From an uncultured Acidimicrobiales bacterium (GTDB lineage Bacteria > Actinomycetota > Acidimicrobiia > Acidimicrobiales > UBA10347): a stretch of 37,606 bases of DNA. A model generated the notes under the pieces. That model was given only the letters and a program-made list of their open reading frames with translations, did not search any database and had not been told where the DNA came from. Below are positions 35,145 to 37,606 of this stretch, in pieces (the stretch's first letter is position 1; each line of letters opens with the position of its first letter). The translations under genes were made by a program, and so were the position numbers. The DNA lies in NCBI GenBank assembly GCA_943788915.1, contig CALSSD010000004.1:186001-223606 (forward strand), read 5' to 3'.

Positions 35145-35375
35145 CTACGCACCAGGAATTTGAAAAACGACGACAACCGCAAACATCGCAACGACGATCG
35201 ACGCGAGCAGGGGTAGCACCAACAACAAGCCCCGATCACCCTTCCGTACGGCGAGGACCAAGAAGATGAGAGCGCCGAACATCGCCACGCCAAGGAACGG
35301 GACCGGGACCAACACCGCGCACAGGACTGCGACGCGTCCTTCAAGGGTGGTCGGAAGAACCGAGTGACCCCGCAA
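35145..35375 (-). CDS. Small hypothetical membrane protein
   Basis: SVLPTTLEGR followed by hydrophobic segments around RKGDRG; start uncertain. Confidence 0.55.
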   Translation of the reverse strand: MRGHSVLPTTLEGRVAVLCAVLVPVPFLGVAMFGALIFLVLAVRKGDRGLLLVLPLLASIVVAMFAVVVVFQIPGA

Positions 35376-35390
35376 CGTCCAGCGGGGGGT

Positions 35391-36056
35391 CTAATCGGGC
35401 CGAGCTGGCAGGGACGAGATCAGCCGGACGCCACCGATCAGCGCCACGAGCCCAACGGCCAACGAGGCCAAGCCGAGCGGAACAAGACCCGACGGCGCCA
35501 GAACTCCAAGCCGGACATCGGCCGAAACCCCGGGCGAGCCGTCCGCGTTCATGATCACCACAACCCACTTCCCGCTCTCGATCGTCCAGTCGAGGGTCTG
35601 TTCACCGCTGCCACTCACCGACGCCACCCAGAAACCCTCGGCCCCCGGAGCACCAGGATCGGTAGTGCCCTCGTTCCTGGTGTACACCACATCCTCGATG
35701 TCGTTTTTGAAGAAGTCCCAGTCGGTGATCTCGTCGTGGGCGACGCCGTCGAGGTACCCGGCAACCGCATCAACGGGAGCGATGCCCATGAAGAGCGCCT
35801 CGAACCCCGTCGCAGCACCCTCCACCCAGACATCCTCGGACGACGAGACGAACCAATATGTGGGCAGCTCGACGTCGTCGGTGACCACAGCACGCGACGA
35901 CACCTCGATCATCAACCGATCGGTCAAGTTGTACTCGCCAAAAAGGCGAGAAGAGAACAACGCCCCAAAACCGTTCAGAACGAGGAACAGCCCGACCAAT
36001 ACCAACCCGAACCCATTCTTGGTTCCACGCGTCACCACAACCACCCCTCTCACCAC
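35391..36056 (-). CDS. Hypothetical membrane-anchored protein of a common actinobacterial type
   Basis: N- and C-terminal TM helices; FMGIAP...YLDGVAHDEI, FWVASVSGSG, WVVVIMNADGSPGVSAD. Confidence 0.75.
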   Translation of the reverse strand: MVRGVVVVTRGTKNGFGLVLVGLFLVLNGFGALFSSRLFGEYNLTDRLMIEVSSRAVVTDDVELPTYWFVSSSEDVWVEGAATGFEALFMGIAPVDAVAGYLDGVAHDEITDWDFFKNDIEDVVYTRNEGTTDPGAPGAEGFWVASVSGSGEQTLDWTIESGKWVVVIMNADGSPGVSADVRLGVLAPSGLVPLGLASLAVGLVALIGGVRLISSLPARPD

Positions 36057-36417
36057 GTCACTATCCAGGAAGTCGGACGCATCGACCCTCGTTGTGCCAC
36101 GTCCGCGCCGCCGCGACTAGGGCCGAAAGACCGCGTCTTCGTCACAAGTATTCCCGAGGTTAAGGAACTGGGCTGACCTGCAGATCCCGCGCTGCTCGCC
36201 GCGTGCCCGGACAATGAGGGGGCGATTGGCGCGCCCGTCGGCGATCACGATCACCGGCGACTCAATAACCGGATTGGAGAGCAGGCGGACCAACCCGAGA
36301 TGGAGATCTCCATGCTGGATACAGCACTCCCACCACAACATCGGACGGGACGTTGGGCACCGAATGTATCCGCCACGGTCCTGCTGACTATCGGCGGCAG
36401 CCGCCCGGCGATTCATC

Positions 36418-36503
36418 AAGGCACCCGATAATCGGGAGCCAAGCCGCAACATGCCGCGCCGCAGTACCGGCGTTACGAGTTATCGATTCGCTCGATAACC
36501 GCA
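36418..36503 (+). other. Repeated site D and associated palindromes downstream of higA
   Basis: AAGGCACCCGATAATCGGGA (36418-36437); CCGCGCCGCAGTACCGGCG (36454-36472) identical to 32582-32600; GTTATCGA-N5-TCGATAAC (36479-36499). Confidence 0.6.
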
Positions 36504-36510
36504 GCTGCGC

Positions 36511-36840
36511 TTAGGCGGCGGTGTCTTTGCCGAGGTGGACGGGGACTCGTCGGTCTTCGTCGTCGAATACGGCGACGAGTTCGAGGCGTGCGCCGAGGGC
36601 TTCGAGGTATTGGCGAAGTGTGGAGACGCGGACGTTTTCGGAGTGTTCGAGTTTGGAGATTGCGCCTTGGGTGACATCGAGTCGACCGGCGAGTTCTACT
36701 TGGCTGATTGCTTCACCGTGGCGGAGTTCGTACAGCCGGATCTCTTCGAGCGTTTCGCGGCGCAGTTCGGCGAGGCGTTCGGGTGCGCCTGGGCGTTCCA
36801 AGACTTGCTTGCGGAGTTCGGAGAATTTCTTTGGGGCCAT
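36511..36840 (-). CDS. higA: XRE-family HTH antitoxin (HigA-like)
   Basis: LYELRHGEAISQVELAGRLDVTQGAISKLEH..VSTLRQYLEALGARLEL. Confidence 0.92.
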   Translation of the reverse strand: MAPKKFSELRKQVLERPGAPERLAELRRETLEEIRLYELRHGEAISQVELAGRLDVTQGAISKLEHSENVRVSTLRQYLEALGARLELVAVFDDEDRRVPVHLGKDTAA

Positions 36841-37196
36841 TAGATGAGTCCTTCCTTCTTCAGTTCGGCGAGGTATTCGTCGTAGAGATCGTCAGCGAGG
36901 GGAACAGCCCATTCGTACCAGTCGTTCCATTCGCCGGTCTTGTCGCCACCGAGCAGCAGGATCGCTTGGCGTCGCGGGTCAAAGCTGAACAGCACCCTGA
37001 GCGCTCCGCCTTTGGCCGCTCGAAGTTCTTTTATCGACTGATGCCGTGAGCTGTGAATTCTGTCGACAATTGGGCGGCCTGGACTGGGTCCTTGCTCTGA
37101 AAGCACGTCGACCCGATCTGTGACCGCTTCTTGTTGTTCGATGGTCAACGTCGTCCACCAATCGAGGAACTCGTCGGTGACTTCAACCTCCCACAT
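36840..37196 (-). CDS. higB: RelE/ParE-superfamily toxin (HigB-like)
   Basis: WEVEVTDEFLDW, GPSPGRPIVD, SRHQSIKELR, RVLFSFDPRRQAILLLGGDK; TAATG coupling to higA. Confidence 0.93.
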   Translation of the reverse strand: MWEVEVTDEFLDWWTTLTIEQQEAVTDRVDVLSEQGPSPGRPIVDRIHSSRHQSIKELRAAKGGALRVLFSFDPRRQAILLLGGDKTGEWNDWYEWAVPLADDLYDEYLAELKKEGLI

Positions 37197-37203
37197 CAAC
37201 CCA

Positions 37204-37240
37204 AGAATGAACTATTACTCATTATGAGTCAATACTCATA
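37204..37240 (-). promoter_or_regulatory. higBA promoter with overlapping operator palindromes, probably leaderless
   Basis: TTGACT (37232-37227), 17 nt, CATTCT (37209-37204), 7 nt, ATG; ACTCAT-T-ATGAGT and TATGAGT-N4-ACTCATA. Confidence 0.65.
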
Positions 37241-37256
37241 TCGCATCGTTGATCTC

Positions 37257-37606
37257 TCATCCTGGCCGGGTGGCTCCAGTGACAAAGGTCGACACGACAT
37301 AGGTTGCGTGCCGGTCAAGGCTTCGCCTCGCTCGGTCGTAGCGCATAGTGGTTCTGGGATCCGCGTGGCTTGCTGCTTCTTGGACATCGCCGAAGCGGGA
37401 CGCCCGCGTCGAGCGCAGCGGTGATGAAGGAGTGGCGAAGGCTGTGTGGCGAGATGCGCTTGTCGATCCCCAGCTCGTTTTACGAGGCGTTTGACCATTC
37501 GATCGGTGCAGTACCGGTCCATCCGGCCGCCCTCGACGCCAAGGAAGATCGGGCCAATGGTGCGCTCCCCGATGTAGAGATCGAGGGGCTCGGCCGGTTC
37601 GAGGGG
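37257..37606 (-). mobile_element. Tyrosine recombinase C-terminal catalytic half (partial at window edge; three +1 shifts)
   Basis: Manual translation across shifts: LDLYIGERTIGPIF..VKRLVKRAG/IDKRISPHSLRHSFITAALDAGVPL/RDVQEAASHADPRTTMRYDRARRSLDRHATY (HxxR, H, Y present). Confidence 0.88.

Noticed and set aside
31037..36437. Complete dif/pdif sites at sites A-D
   Set aside because: None has a TTAT XerD arm 6 bp after ATAA; only half-site similarity.
29984..37606. Classical integron (intI plus attC)
   Set aside because: No consistent RYYYAAC...GTTRRRY pairs after genes, cargo lies on both strands, and the visible recombinase half appears to lack the IntI-specific insertion.

Overview
High-GC (roughly 60-65% by eye) actinobacterial DNA; gene content and style suggest an Acidimicrobiia-like organism (inference). 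It has three zones. (1) 1-26.9 kb is mostly intact housekeeping and catabolic genes: a pirin-yceI/MarR redox unit, a PLP decarboxylase, yqeC, and a large probable N-heterocycle uptake/catabolism neighbourhood (creatininase, RidA, two metal-dependent deaminases, a NitT/TauT ABC transporter with an internally duplicated binding lipoprotein, a 2OG-Fe(II) oxygenase, a luciferase-like monooxygenase, a NicX-like dioxygenase plus hydrolase, an acyl-CoA dehydrogenase). Its intergenic spaces carry a family of structured REP/MITE-like repeats and a 92-bp tandem array in which every unit is an RBS-GTG-29 aa-stop mini-cistron feeding into the monooxygenase start codon. (2) 26.9-28.8 kb is a decayed tauD/TSUP/aminotransferase cluster. 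(3) 28.8-37.6 kb is a mosaic island with a class III cyclase, four type II toxin-antitoxin modules, small membrane genes and gene stumps, and two pieces of the same tyrosine recombinase family, one fused in frame to an antitoxin C-terminus. It is punctuated by a repeated GGCACCCGATAAYCG site resembling an actinobacterial XerC/dif half-site, suggesting a cassette-like system. Many single-base frameshifts (mostly +1 in short homopolymers) may be sequencing errors. No rRNA, tRNA or CRISPR array was seen.
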